From an uncultured Acidobacteriota bacterium (lineage in GTDB: Bacteria; Acidobacteriota; Vicinamibacteria; Vicinamibacterales; UBA2999), in NCBI GenBank assembly GCA_963779175.1, contig CAVZXA010000007.1:281086-345085 (forward strand): a stretch of 64,000 nucleotides of DNA. Reading direction: 5' to 3'. Below are positions 10,280 through 20,463 of the stretch, piece by piece. Under the pieces are notes generated by a model that did not search any database, was not told where the DNA came from, and saw only the letters and a program-made list of their open reading frames with translations. How positions within the stretch are numbered: position 1 is the stretch's first letter; each line of letters begins with the position of its first letter. Made by a program: the position numbers and the translations under genes.

Positions 10280-11537
10280 CCCCGGTCACCCGGTCGCCGC
10301 CCCGGCCCTTGCTGTCGTAGAGCCGTTCGTCGGCGCGGCGCAGCAGGTCGCGCAAGGTCGTGCCGTCGGCAGGGTAGGTGGCGATGCCGATGCTGACGGT
10401 GGCCGGCGCCCACGGCGGCATGGGCGTGCCGGCGCCGGCGTTGGTGCGCACGTTGTGCGCGAGGCGGTCGGCGAAGATACGCGCGGCGCCGCTGTCGGCG
10501 TTGGTGAGGACGACGGCGAACTCGTCGCCGCCGTAGCGGCAGCCGACATCCGAGGTCCGCACCATCTGTCGGATCTCGTCGGCGACTGCCCGCACCAGAT
10601 CGTCGCCGGCTTCGTGCCCGTACTGGTCGTTGGCGGCCTTCAGCCGATCGATGTCCACGAGCACCAGGCTCATCTCATGCCGCGCGCGGCTGGCGTGCGC
10701 GAGCTGCCGCGGCGCCACCTCGTCGAAGTAGCCACGGTTGTACAGGCCGGTGAGCGCGTCGCGCGCCATCAGCGTGCGCGCTTCCTCGTAGCGTTGCCGG
10801 TAGGTCAGCCACGAGAACACGTCGCCGCGCCGGTCGGGGCCGGCCGGGGCCGTCTGCGGTTGCTCGAAGGTGGTCACATACCACGCCATGAGCGCGGCGT
10901 AGAAGGTGGCGCCGGCCAGCCTGGCGACCAGGCCCGAGGCCAGGATGGTCCAGTAGCCCGGGCGCGGCGCGAAGGCCAGCGTCGTGAAGACGACGCTGTC
11001 GAGCAGCATCACGAGCGCGGCGGTGGTCCACAGCCGCAGGAAGAGGGTGCTGGTGACGCGCCGGCTGATCGCCTCGAAGATCACGATCGCGCCCACGAGG
11101 CTGGCGACGACGGCCAGCGAACTTGCCAGGATGATGCGTCCGGTCAGCACCTGCCCGGGCGTCACCCCCAACACGTTCACGTGGCCGGGGTAGCGCAGGT
11201 GCTGCCCGGTCATCGTCGTCACCGCATACAGCGTCAGATTGCAGATGACGATGCCGTACGCCAGCGACCGCGTGGCCCCGGCGTCGTCGTCGACGTAGGT
11301 CAGCAGCACGACCATGACCGTCAGCGGGAAGAGCACGGCAGTAGCCGGGCTGATCGCGAACCCCGGCATCACCTCGAGCCGGACCGACACCGCCAGGACG
11401 AACTGGGCGAACTGCAACGCGCCCAGGACCAGGTACAGCGGTCCCAGGCCGACGCGGCGGCGTTGGTGGAACAACGCCAGCAGGACGCCGCCACAGAAAG
11501 CGGCCTCGGTCACGAGGAGGGCGGCATGGTTGAGCAT
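10272..11537 (-). CDS. Diguanylate cyclase with multi-TM N-terminal domain resembling VUT/YhhQ transporters
   Basis: About 7 hydrophobic segments, then RDALTGLYNR, DIDRLKAANDQYGHEAGD, RTSD (RxxD I-site), RYGGDEF. Confidence 0.88.
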   Translation of the reverse strand: MLNHAALLVTEAAFCGGVLLALFHQRRRVGLGPLYLVLGALQFAQFVLAVSVRLEVMPGFAISPATAVLFPLTVMVVLLTYVDDDAGATRSLAYGIVICNLTLYAVTTMTGQHLRYPGHVNVLGVTPGQVLTGRIILASSLAVVASLVGAIVIFEAISRRVTSTLFLRLWTTAALVMLLDSVVFTTLAFAPRPGYWTILASGLVARLAGATFYAALMAWYVTTFEQPQTAPAGPDRRGDVFSWLTYRQRYEEARTLMARDALTGLYNRGYFDEVAPRQLAHASRARHEMSLVLVDIDRLKAANDQYGHEAGDDLVRAVADEIRQMVRTSDVGCRYGGDEFAVVLTNADSGAARIFADRLAHNVRTNAGAGTPMPPWAPATVSIGIATYPADGTTLRDLLRRADERLYDSKGRGGDRVTGVS

Positions 11538-11606
11538 GCGGTCGCTCCCCGTATTATCGGCCCGCGAACCTCGGCCCCGGGCGATCTCTTTGCGCGGTGT
11601 CAGAAA

Positions 11607-12851
11607 CTAGAAGAGCAGCCAGCAGGCCAGCGTCCCGACCACCGTCATCGACATCCCCCACGCCAGCAGGTGATTGAAGAGGGTGCGGGTGTCTTCGCTG
11701 TTGTTCCCCGGGAGGGCGGCGATGCACAGCGCGCCGATGGTGGAGAGCGGCGAGAGGTCCACGAGGTGGCCGCCGACGACCATCGACGAGGCAATCGCCA
11801 TCGCGTCACCGCCGCCGAGCCGCTCGACCAGGCCGGGTACGGTCGGCAGGAAGGCCGGCAGCACCACCCCGGAGGTGCTGCTGTAGACCGAGACGATGCC
11901 GGTCGCAAACGCCACCACCGCCGTGACGGTGGACGGCGACGACACGCTGGCCAGGATGTCGGTGAAGAGCGACATGCCCTGCGTCTTCTCGAGCACGCCG
12001 ATGAGCACCGTGACGCCGCACACCATCAGCACCACGCCCCACGGCATCCGCTTGATGGCTTCCTTCTCGTCACCGGCCTTGGCGAGCGAGAGCACGGTGG
12101 CGCCGGTCAGCGCCGCCATCCCCACCTGGAAGTCGAACAGGATGACGCCGAGCACCACCGAGGCGAGCACCCCGAGTGTGAGCCAGTGTTTCGACTCGAA
12201 CGGCTCGTGAGGCGCCAGCGCCGCGCCGTCGCCGCCCTTGTGGCCCGAGAACAGCTTCCAGCCGCCGAACAGGAAGTAGGCGATGAAGGTCACCACCACG
12301 TGGGCCAGCAGGTTGTTGCCGTAGAGCGTCCACTCATGGCCGGCGAGGCCGATCTTGCTCATCACGCCGTTGACGATGACGCCGGTCGGTGCAAACGGCG
12401 ACATCGCGCCGGCCTGCGCGCCGTTACCGAGCATGAGCGCGCTCAGGAACGGAGGAATGCCGGCCTGGGCGCCCACGGCCATGCCCATCGGCGCCAGCAG
12501 CGCCGCCGTGGCGATGTTGCCCGGGCCGATCGACGACAGCACGAGGGCCACCGCGAAGAACATCACCGGGATGATGCCGGCGTTGCCGCGGCAGATCGAC
12601 ACCGCGTGGTTGGCGAGCCGCTGCAGCGTGCCGTTCACGTTGGCCATGCCGAAGAGCAGCGTGACGCCGGCGAGGGTGATGAAGAGCGGCACGGGAAACG
12701 CGCTGATGACGTCGGCGTAGCGCATCCCGCCCAGGTAGACGCCGACGATCCAGGCCAGCGCCAGCGACACCACGCCGACGTTGACCTTGCTCACCATGCT
12801 CAGCACGACGGCCACGACCAGGGCGCCGAGCGAGATCCACGCGATGTTCAT
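11607..12851 (-). CDS. SLC13/CitM/ArsB (IT superfamily) carboxylate permease
   Basis: Highly hydrophobic, about 414 aa; NGAQAGAMSPFAPTG and DLSPLSTIGA motifs; GGAGG upstream of start. Confidence 0.8.
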   Translation of the reverse strand: MNIAWISLGALVVAVVLSMVSKVNVGVVSLALAWIVGVYLGGMRYADVISAFPVPLFITLAGVTLLFGMANVNGTLQRLANHAVSICRGNAGIIPVMFFAVALVLSSIGPGNIATAALLAPMGMAVGAQAGIPPFLSALMLGNGAQAGAMSPFAPTGVIVNGVMSKIGLAGHEWTLYGNNLLAHVVVTFIAYFLFGGWKLFSGHKGGDGAALAPHEPFESKHWLTLGVLASVVLGVILFDFQVGMAALTGATVLSLAKAGDEKEAIKRMPWGVVLMVCGVTVLIGVLEKTQGMSLFTDILASVSSPSTVTAVVAFATGIVSVYSSTSGVVLPAFLPTVPGLVERLGGGDAMAIASSMVVGGHLVDLSPLSTIGALCIAALPGNNSEDTRTLFNHLLAWGMSMTVVGTLACWLLF

Positions 12852-15729
12852 CGTTCCTCCATGAGGGAGCGCAACAGGACGGCCGGGTGCGTGGCGTGCA
12901 CCTGGGCGAAGTCGTGGACCTGGTGCCGGCACGAGGTGCCCGCCGCCACCAGCACGCCGCCGGCGCCAATGGCGCGGGCGGCCGGCAACAGCTTACGCTC
13001 GCCGATGGCGCGCGACACGTCGTAGTGCGCCGCGGCGTAGCCGAACGAGCCGGCCATGCCACAGCAGCCGGCATCGAGGTCGGTCACCGTGGCGCCGGGG
13101 ATGCGGCCGAGCAGCGCCGCCGCCGCCCCGGCCAGCCCCATCGCCCGCTGATGGCAATGCGGATGCAGGGCCACCGTGGCCGGGCCGGCGCCAAGCGGCA
13201 ACGTGGCCCTGCCGGCCTTCAGTTCGCCTTCGAGATACTCTTCGAAGAGCACGCTCTGGCGCGCCACCGTCTCGGCCCGCGCGCGCATGGCGCCGCGCAG
13301 CAGCGACGGCACGTCTTCACGCAGCGCCGACAGGCAGCTCGGCTCGACGAACACGATGTGCTCGCCGCGCGCCGCCGCGGCGTGCAGCGCCTCCACAGTC
13401 GCGCGCCCGACGATCCGCGCCTCATCCAGCAGGCCCTGCGAGATGAGCGGCCGGCCACAGCAGCCGTGCGGCAGCAGTCGCGTGCCGATGCCGGCGCGGT
13501 CGAGCACCTCGGCAGCCGCGACCCCGATCGCCGGGTCGCTGTGTTCGGTGAAGGTGTCGGCAAAAAGCACTGCGCGCACCGGCGAGGCCGGCTGCCAGTC
13601 GCGCATTCGCCGTGACAGCGTGCGGCTGGTCCACGCCGGCAGCGTGCGGCGGCGGTCCACGCCGAGCAGCGTCTCGTTCATCGCGCGGCCGAGACGGCTG
13701 GTCGTCACCGCGTTCACGAGCGGTGCGAAAAGGCTGCCAAACCTGGCGATGCTGCGCACGTTGCCAAAGGCCCGCACGCCGAGCGGCGCGCCATGCGCGT
13801 CCCACTGCGCGGCCAGCACCTCGCTCTTGATGCGCGCCATGTCGACGCTGGTCGGGCATTCACTCCTGCACGCACGGCACTCGAGACAGAGGTCGAGCGC
13901 CTCGTGAACGCCAGGGTGCATCGAGGCCCTCCGGACCGAGCTGCCCGCTCATCGCCAGGCGCAGCACGTTGGCGCGGCCGCGCGTGGTGTGGGTCTCGTC
14001 GCGGGTCGCCATGTACGACGGGCACATGGTGCCTTCGCGGGTCTTGCGGCACAGGCCGACGCCGCTGCAGTTCTCGACCGCCCGCCCGAGACCGCCCTCG
14101 GCGCCGAAGTCGAAGAAGGTCACCGGTTCGGCGGTGCGATACGTGGGGCCGAAGCGCAGGTGCGCGGTGATGGGCGGCGTGTCGACGATGCGCCCGGGGT
14201 TGAAGATCCCCTGCGGATCGAACGTCTGCTTCACCTGACGGAAGGCCTGGTACAGCGTCGAGCCGAACATCTGTTCGTTGAAGGCGCCGCGGACCAGGCC
14301 GTCGCCATGTTCGCCCGACAACGCGCCGCCGAACTCCAGCACCAGGTCGGCGACATCGCGGGCGATGGCCTCGAACTGCGCCAGGCCCTCGGCGGTCTTG
14401 AGGTTGATGACGGGCCGCACGTGCAGGCAACCCACCGAGGCGTGCGCGTAGACGCCGGCATGGGTGCCGCGCCGCGCCACCACCTGCTGGAAGCGCGCGA
14501 TGTAGTCGCGCAGCCGTTCCGGCGCGACGGCCGTGTCTTCGACGAACGAGATGGCCTTGGCGTCGCCCTTCATGCCCATCGACAGCCCGAGCGACGATTC
14601 CCGCACGTGCCACACGCGCGCCTGCGCGGCGGCGTCGGTGAGCTGGCGGGCCGTGCAGCGCAGGCCGGCGCGCACCACATCCCGCTCGAGCGCCTGCATG
14701 CGCGGCACGATCTCGTCGAGATGCGCGCCGTAGAATTCGATGCAGAGCAGCGTCGGCCGCGGGCCGGAGACGATCTGGCGCAGCGCGCCGTCGAGCGTCG
14801 GATGGCCCACGGCGTGCCCGAGGATGAAGTCGTCCATCACCTCGACGGCCGACGGCCCGTGCGCCAGCACCATCGGGGTGGCGCCGAGCGCGTCGAGCAG
14901 GTTGTCGAACTCGAGCGTCACCAGGGCCTTGGCGGCCGGCAGCGGCACCAGGCCCACGGTTGCCGCGGTGACGAATCCGAGCGTGCCTTCCGAGCCGACC
15001 ATGACGCGCGTGAGATCCACCGGCGCGCTCGCATCGACGAACGCATCGAGCGCGTAGCCGCCCACGCGGCGCATCACCTTCGGGAAGCGGGCGTCGATGT
15101 CGGCCGCATGGGCCACCGCCAGGGCCGGCACGTCACGGTAGGCGCGCGCCAGCAGCGAGTCGCCGGCGCGGGCCGCGTCGAGGGCGGCGCCGCTGAGCGG
15201 ACCGAGTTCGGCGGTCGTGCCGTCGGCCAGCACCACCTGCTGCGTGCGCACGTGATCGCCGGTCTTGCCGTAGAGCACCGAGCGGGCGCCGCTCGAGTTG
15301 TTGGCCATCATGCCGCCCACCGTGGCGCGGCTCGACGAACTCACGTCCGGGCGCGAAGCGCAGCCCGTGGGACTTCATGGCGGCGTTGAGGTCGTCGAGG
15401 ACGAGACCCGGTTCGACGCGGGCGGTTCTCTCGTCGGGATTCACGTCGAGCACCCGGTTCAGGTACTTCGAGGTGTCGAGCACGAGCCCGGCGCCGATCG
15501 ACTGGCCGGCCTGCGAGGTGCCGCCGCCGCGGGGCGTAATCGGCACGCCGTAGCGTGCGGCGATGGTCACGGCGGCTTCGACGTCGTCACGCGAGCGGGG
15601 CAGCACCACCCCGAGCGGTTCGATCTGATAGACGCTGGCGTCGGTGGAGTAGAGGGCGCGGGTGGCGCGGTCGAAGCGCACCTCCCCGGCAAGGGCCGTC
15701 CGCAGATCCTGTTCGAGCGCCGGCATCAT
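12848..15729 (-). CDS. FAD-binding and 4Fe-4S oxidoreductase (GlcD/GlcF-like fusion, YdiJ-like); frameshifts near 15350 and 13915
   Basis: Three consecutive ORFs: YSTDASVY, RGGGTSQAGQ; GGMMANNSSG, GSEGTLG, HASVGCLH, SGEHGDG, CSGVGLC, MCPSY; CLECRACRSECP, CCGRP, CCGMAGSFGY. Confidence 0.9.
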
Positions 15730-15738
15730 GCTGCCGGC

Positions 15739-16830
15739 CTACTGACTCTTGCCGCGCGCGGCAATCGCCCACACGGCCTCGACATCGTCGCCGCGCAGCG
15801 CATGGATCTCGTCGTGCAGATTCACGGTCGGATCGCAGTGCGGGGCGCGGAACTCGAGCCGGTCGCCCACGGCGAGGCGGCGGGTGGCGCCGCGCATGTC
15901 GAGGCGGCCATGTTCATCGCCGGCCCACGTGTAGGTGAGATCCGGACGATCCACGGCCCGCGGGGAAAACGGGCGATCGGTCGCAAAGGCTTTGTAGCCG
16001 CCATCGACGATCGCCTCGTCGCCGTGCACGCTGACCACGGTGGTCACCACCGAGAGCGCCGGGCGGAAGTCGTCGTAGGCCTCGCCGGCGTCGCCGCCGA
16101 TCTGCAGGTAGTCGGTGTCCATGAAGATGAAGCTGCCCGGCTGCAGTTCGGTCAGCCCGTCGATGGCGAGGTCGTAGCGGTAGCTGCCGGTCGAACCCGC
16201 CGACACCATCGGACAGGCGATCCCGTGCGCCTCGAGGAGCTGCCGCGTCGCCACGGCCTGCGCCATGGTGCCGGTCGTTCGGGCCCGGCGCGCTTCCACG
16301 CCGAAGGTATGCGAGGCCGTGGCGTCGTAGGCCTGCAGGCCGGCGAAGGTGAGATGCGGGGCCGCGGCGATGGCCTGTGCCACGGCGAGCGCCGGCTCGC
16401 CCGGCTCGACACCGGTGCGCCCGAAGTAGAGGTCCACAGCCACCCGCAGCGAGACCGCCGCGTCGCCGGCGGCGCGGTCGAGCACGGCGACCTGCGCGAT
16501 GTCATCTGCCACCACGATAGTGTCGGGCGCGCGTTGCGCGAGTGCCGCCGCCCGGGCCGCCTTCGCCGCCCCGACCACGGCCGTGGTCACCAGCAGGCCC
16601 CGGATGCCGTGTGCGGCGAACACCTCCGCCTCGCCGAGCTTGGCCGTGCAGGCACCGGCCGCGCCCGCCTGGACGAGCCGTCGAGCGATTTCGGGGCACT
16701 TGTGGGTCTTGCCGTGGGGCCGGAAGCCTTTGCCGTGCGCGGCGACCGTACCGGCCATCGCCGCGACGTTCGCCTCGAACGCATCGAGGTCGAGCAGCAG
16801 GGCCGGGGTCGGGATCTCGGCGCGCGTCAT
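15739..16830 (-). CDS. DSD1-family PLP enzyme (D-threonine aldolase / 3-hydroxy-D-aspartate aldolase-like)
   Basis: IPTPALLLDLD; RPHGKTHKC (PLP Lys); ELQPGSFIFMD; DGGYKA; GDEHG; HCDPTVNLHD. Confidence 0.9.
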   Translation of the reverse strand: MTRAEIPTPALLLDLDAFEANVAAMAGTVAAHGKGFRPHGKTHKCPEIARRLVQAGAAGACTAKLGEAEVFAAHGIRGLLVTTAVVGAAKAARAAALAQRAPDTIVVADDIAQVAVLDRAAGDAAVSLRVAVDLYFGRTGVEPGEPALAVAQAIAAAPHLTFAGLQAYDATASHTFGVEARRARTTGTMAQAVATRQLLEAHGIACPMVSAGSTGSYRYDLAIDGLTELQPGSFIFMDTDYLQIGGDAGEAYDDFRPALSVVTTVVSVHGDEAIVDGGYKAFATDRPFSPRAVDRPDLTYTWAGDEHGRLDMRGATRRLAVGDRLEFRAPHCDPTVNLHDEIHALRGDDVEAVWAIAARGKSQ

Positions 16831-16935
16831 CGTCGGCGCGATGCTAGCAGATGCCGCCGGAACGGCACAGCGGCCGGGCCGCCGCGGCCCGTGAAAGCTG
16901 TGGCACCTGCCATGCGCGAGGAGTATCCTCCGCGC

Positions 16936-18165
16936 ATGTCGCATCACCCCCGCGAACGGATCTCCCGCCGGCGCGTCCTCGCCGCCGGTACCGCCGGCGT
17001 CGTCGGCGCCGCGGCGGCGCTCACCGGCCACGCGCAAACCACCGACACCACCAGGGTGCAGGGACCGGGCACGACCGACGTCGGCGCGCGCTCGCCGTTT
17101 GTGACGCCGAAGCGTCAGTCGTTCAGCCCGCGCCGCACCGCCTCGACCACCCCGCTCCAGGATCTCGAGGGCATCATCACGCCGGCCGACCTGCACTTCG
17201 AGCGGCACCACGGTGGCGTGCCGGCCATCGACCCGGCCAGCTATTCGCTGCTCGTGCACGGCCTCGTCGATCGCCCCACGGTGTTTTCGCTCGACGACCT
17301 GAAGCGCTTCCCGGGCCGCTCGGTCATCCGCTTCCTCGAGTGTTCGGGCAACGGCAGCCGCAACTATCGGCCCGACCCGAAGGCTCCTGAGACCACGCCG
17401 CAGCAGCTCGACGGGCTGACCAGTTGCAGCGAGTGGACTGGCGTGCCGCTGGCCACCGTGCTCCGCGAGGTCGGCGCCTCGGCGAAGGCGACGTGGTTCC
17501 TGGCCGAGTCGATGGACGCGGCCGTGCTGGCGCGCAGCATCCCGATGGAGAAGGCGCTCGACGACGCGATGCTGGCCTACGCGCAGAACGGCGAGGCACT
17601 GCGGCCCGAGCAGGGCTTTCCGGTGCGCCTGTTCCTGCCGGGCTATGAAGGCTCGGCCAGCGTCAAGTGGTTGCGGCGCATCGAACTGGCGACCGAGCCG
17701 TTCATGATGCGCGAGGAGACGTCGAAGTACACCGACCCGCTGCCCGACGGCACCGCGCGGCAGTTCAGCCTGGTGATGGACGCCAAGTCGATCATCACCG
17801 AGCCGTCGTATCCCGAAAAGCTGGCAGGCCCGGGCTGGCGCGAGATCCGCGGCATCGCGTGGAGCGGCCGGGGCAAGATCGCGCAGGTCGACATCAGCGT
17901 CGACAACGGCCGGACGTGGCAGCGCGCCACGCTCGACGAGCCGGTGCTGCCCAAGTGCCACACCCGTTTCCGGTTCGCGTGGAACTGGACCGGCGCCGAG
18001 ACCATCGTCATGAGCCGCGCCACCGACGAGACCGGCTACGCGCAACCGACGCGTGCCGAACTGCTGGCCGTGCGCGGGCCCGGCACCCAGTACCATTTCA
18101 ACAACATCCGCGCGTGGAAGGTGGCCGCCGACGGCACCGTGACGCTCGCGACAGGTGCGGCATGA
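16936..18165 (+). CDS. soxC: Tat-exported molybdopterin sulfite dehydrogenase, SoxC-like
   Basis: SRRRVLAAG Tat motif; TPLQDLEGIITPADLHFERHHGGVP; FLECSGN; NGEALRPEQGFPVRL; REETSKYTD; SRATDETGY. Confidence 0.9.
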   Translation: MSHHPRERISRRRVLAAGTAGVVGAAAALTGHAQTTDTTRVQGPGTTDVGARSPFVTPKRQSFSPRRTASTTPLQDLEGIITPADLHFERHHGGVPAIDPASYSLLVHGLVDRPTVFSLDDLKRFPGRSVIRFLECSGNGSRNYRPDPKAPETTPQQLDGLTSCSEWTGVPLATVLREVGASAKATWFLAESMDAAVLARSIPMEKALDDAMLAYAQNGEALRPEQGFPVRLFLPGYEGSASVKWLRRIELATEPFMMREETSKYTDPLPDGTARQFSLVMDAKSIITEPSYPEKLAGPGWREIRGIAWSGRGKIAQVDISVDNGRTWQRATLDEPVLPKCHTRFRFAWNWTGAETIVMSRATDETGYAQPTRAELLAVRGPGTQYHFNNIRAWKVAADGTVTLATGAA

Positions 18166-18782
18166 GACGGGCGGTCACCCTGTGCCTCGCCGCGGCGGCG
18201 CTGGCCCTCGTCGCCACCGGCGTGCAGGCGCAGAGCGGCGCGGCCCGTCCGCGCGGCGCCGGCGCCAGCCCCGCGCGGGCGCCGCAATTGCCGGCGCGCT
18301 TCGGGCTCGGACGCGCCGCCACCGCCGACGAAATCCGACGTCTCGACATCGACGTGATGCCGAACGGACAGGGTTTGCCCGACGGCCGCGGCACCGTGGC
18401 CGACGGCGCGGCGACCTACGCGGCCAAGTGCGCCTCGTGTCACGGCAAGGGCGGGGAAGGCGCCGCCTTCGACCGCCTGGTCGGCACCGACGCCGGCGAC
18501 AACTTCGCCTTCGGCCGCGATCCGGGCCTCGTGCGCGCCATCGGCAACTACTGGCCGTATGCGACGACGCTGTTCGACTACACGGCCCGCAGCATGCCGT
18601 TTGCGCAGCCGGGGTCGCTCACGGCCAGCGAGGTCTACGGTCTGGTCGCCTACCTGCTGGCCGAGAACAAGATCGTCGCCGCCGACGCGGTCATGGACAA
18701 GACCACGCTGGCGAAGGTGGTGATGCCGGCGCGTGACCGCTTCGTGCGTGACAACCGCACCGGCGGCAAGGTCGTGAAATAG
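18162..18782 (+). CDS. soxD: Cytochrome c, SoxD-like
   Basis: Signal peptide; FGLGRAAT; CASCH; IGNYWPYATTLFDY; MPF..PGSLT; ATGA overlap with soxC. Confidence 0.85.
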   Translation: MRRAVTLCLAAAALALVATGVQAQSGAARPRGAGASPARAPQLPARFGLGRAATADEIRRLDIDVMPNGQGLPDGRGTVADGAATYAAKCASCHGKGGEGAAFDRLVGTDAGDNFAFGRDPGLVRAIGNYWPYATTLFDYTARSMPFAQPGSLTASEVYGLVAYLLAENKIVAADAVMDKTTLAKVVMPARDRFVRDNRTGGKVVK

Positions 18783-18801
18783 CGCCGGCGCGGCCCCTCG
18801 C

Positions 18802-19816
18802 TCACTTGATCGTGAACGGCGCCGGGAAGGCCGCCAGGTCGATCGTCCGCAGCGGCCCGGCCAGCATCGGCGCATCCCAGCCCGAGCCGGCTGCGGTCTG
18901 GCACTGCTCGGGGTGGCCGAGCGGCGACACCGCGAGGAAGGCGCGGAACTCCATCGGGTTGCCGGCGTAGTAGCCGGTAGCGTCGCCGACCGCGGCGGTC
19001 TGCAGCAGGCGGTAGAACGGCGCCGGATTGCTGTCGAGCGGCACAAACGGCGTGGTCGCGCAAGCGGCGTCGCCGTAGAGCGCCAGGTAGCTCGCGGGCT
19101 GGATGCCGTCGGGCGTAATCGCCGCCACCAGCCACACACCCTGAGCCTGCACCCCGACCAGCGTCGCGCTGCCGGGCTGGAAGCTCAACACGGTGCCGAG
19201 GGGCGCGCCGTTGGCGGCGACCACCTGACTGCCGGTGGGCGTGGTGCCGGCCGGTCCCTGCGGACCCTGGGCACCCTGCGGACCTGCCGGTCCCATCGGG
19301 CCCGCGGGGCCCATGGCGCCGTGGCGCTGACCGGGCCGGCGACGCCCGCCGGGCCCTGCGCGCCGGCGGGGCCCATGGCGCCGGCGCCCAGCCGCACCTG
19401 CCGGGCCTGGCGCGCCGGTCGACCGGCCAGCCCTTGGGCCCTGGGGTCCCATCGGTCCCATCGGTCCCATCGGTCCGGTCGGTCCCGGAACACCGTTGCC
19501 TGCCCGGCGCCATCACGGTCAGCATGAAGCGCTGCGAGGGCCCGCGCCGCTGATCGATGACCACGCGATACGTGCCCGGCTCGAGCGCCGGCAGCTTCGC
19601 GCGCATCTCGGCACTTGTGACCTTGACGTTGGGCAGCGCGCCGCCGTTGAGGACGATGCGCATGTCGGACCGGAAGCCCGAGCCGACGAGCACGACCTGG
19701 CTGGCGGCGGCGTCGTGACGGGCGCTGAACACCACGAACTCATCCGCGAAGGCCGGTGCCGACGTGAGCACCACCAGAGCGGAGAGGGCGGAGACGACGC
19801 GAGAGAGTGGTTGCAT
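18802..19816 (-). CDS. Secreted collagen-like protein (N-terminal beta domain, Gly-X-Y stalk, C-terminal head); frameshifts within the repeat
   Basis: Signal [24 protein letters not shown]; [11 protein letters not shown] / [16 protein letters not shown] repeats; Cys-containing C-terminal domain in ORF 18802..19470. Confidence 0.78.
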
Positions 19817-19844
19817 ACCGGGGGGACTCCTGTCCCCGGCGATC

Positions 19845-19860
19845 AGCAAAGCCACTGCCA
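19845..19860 (-). promoter_or_regulatory. Putative sigma-54 promoter for the collagen-like gene
   Basis: Minus strand TGGCAGTGGCTTTGCT = GG-N10-GC, ending 28 nt upstream of the ATG at 19816. Confidence 0.65.
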
Positions 19861-19891
19861 GACCACGCGGAATGGCGTCAAATCATTGGAA

Positions 19892-19904
19892 AATCAGGGG
19901 TTTG
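19892..19904 (+). promoter_or_regulatory. Putative IHF site
   Basis: AATCAGGGGTTTG fits WATCARNNNNTTR, in an AT-rich patch just upstream of the sigma-54 motif. Confidence 0.5.
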
Positions 19905-20028
19905 GCGAGGCGAGCGGCAGCAGCACACTGCACGGCGCACGGCCCGCCAGTGCGCCGTTGTTGAACAGCGCGTTCCAGAGTGGCACCGGTCCGGCGTGCC
20001 ACGGCGTGCAGCCCGCCTGGCGGCCGGA

Positions 20029-20463
20029 TTACTTCGGGACCGCCGCGCAGGCGGTCGACACCATGGTGACCGACGTCACGTTCACGCGGCTCACGGGAGC
20101 AGCCTTGATGAACAGGCCCTTGATGAGCACCGTGTGGCCCTTGTGCGCCGGCAGATCGAACTCCGACACCCCGATCAGCCGGTAAGAGGCCTTCCCCGAG
20201 GTCGGGCCCTTGATGGCTTCGCCGGCCGGCGGGCCGTTGGCGATGCTCGGCACCGGGTCGGTCGCGCTCGTCAGCATCCAGTTGGCGCCCTGCTCGGCCA
20301 GGCAGCCCGTGACGGCGACGACCGGCACCTTGTTCCCGGAGGCCGGCGTGGGCGCCTGCGCGTCGGCGCGGCCGGCGCCCGTCGTGAGGGCGACGGCGAG
20401 GGCCGCCGTGAGAGAAAGAGCCCCGAGACCCGGGACCCGAGCCCCGGCACGATCACGCGTCAT
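20029..20463 (-). CDS. Secreted hypothetical protein
   Basis: Signal peptide ending ADA-QAP; VTGCL...YRLIG...HKGHTVLIKG...MVSTAC; ATGA-coupled to upstream gene. Confidence 0.7.
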   Translation of the reverse strand: MTRDRAGARVPGLGALSLTAALAVALTTGAGRADAQAPTPASGNKVPVVAVTGCLAEQGANWMLTSATDPVPSIANGPPAGEAIKGPTSGKASYRLIGVSEFDLPAHKGHTVLIKGLFIKAAPVSRVNVTSVTMVSTACAAVPK

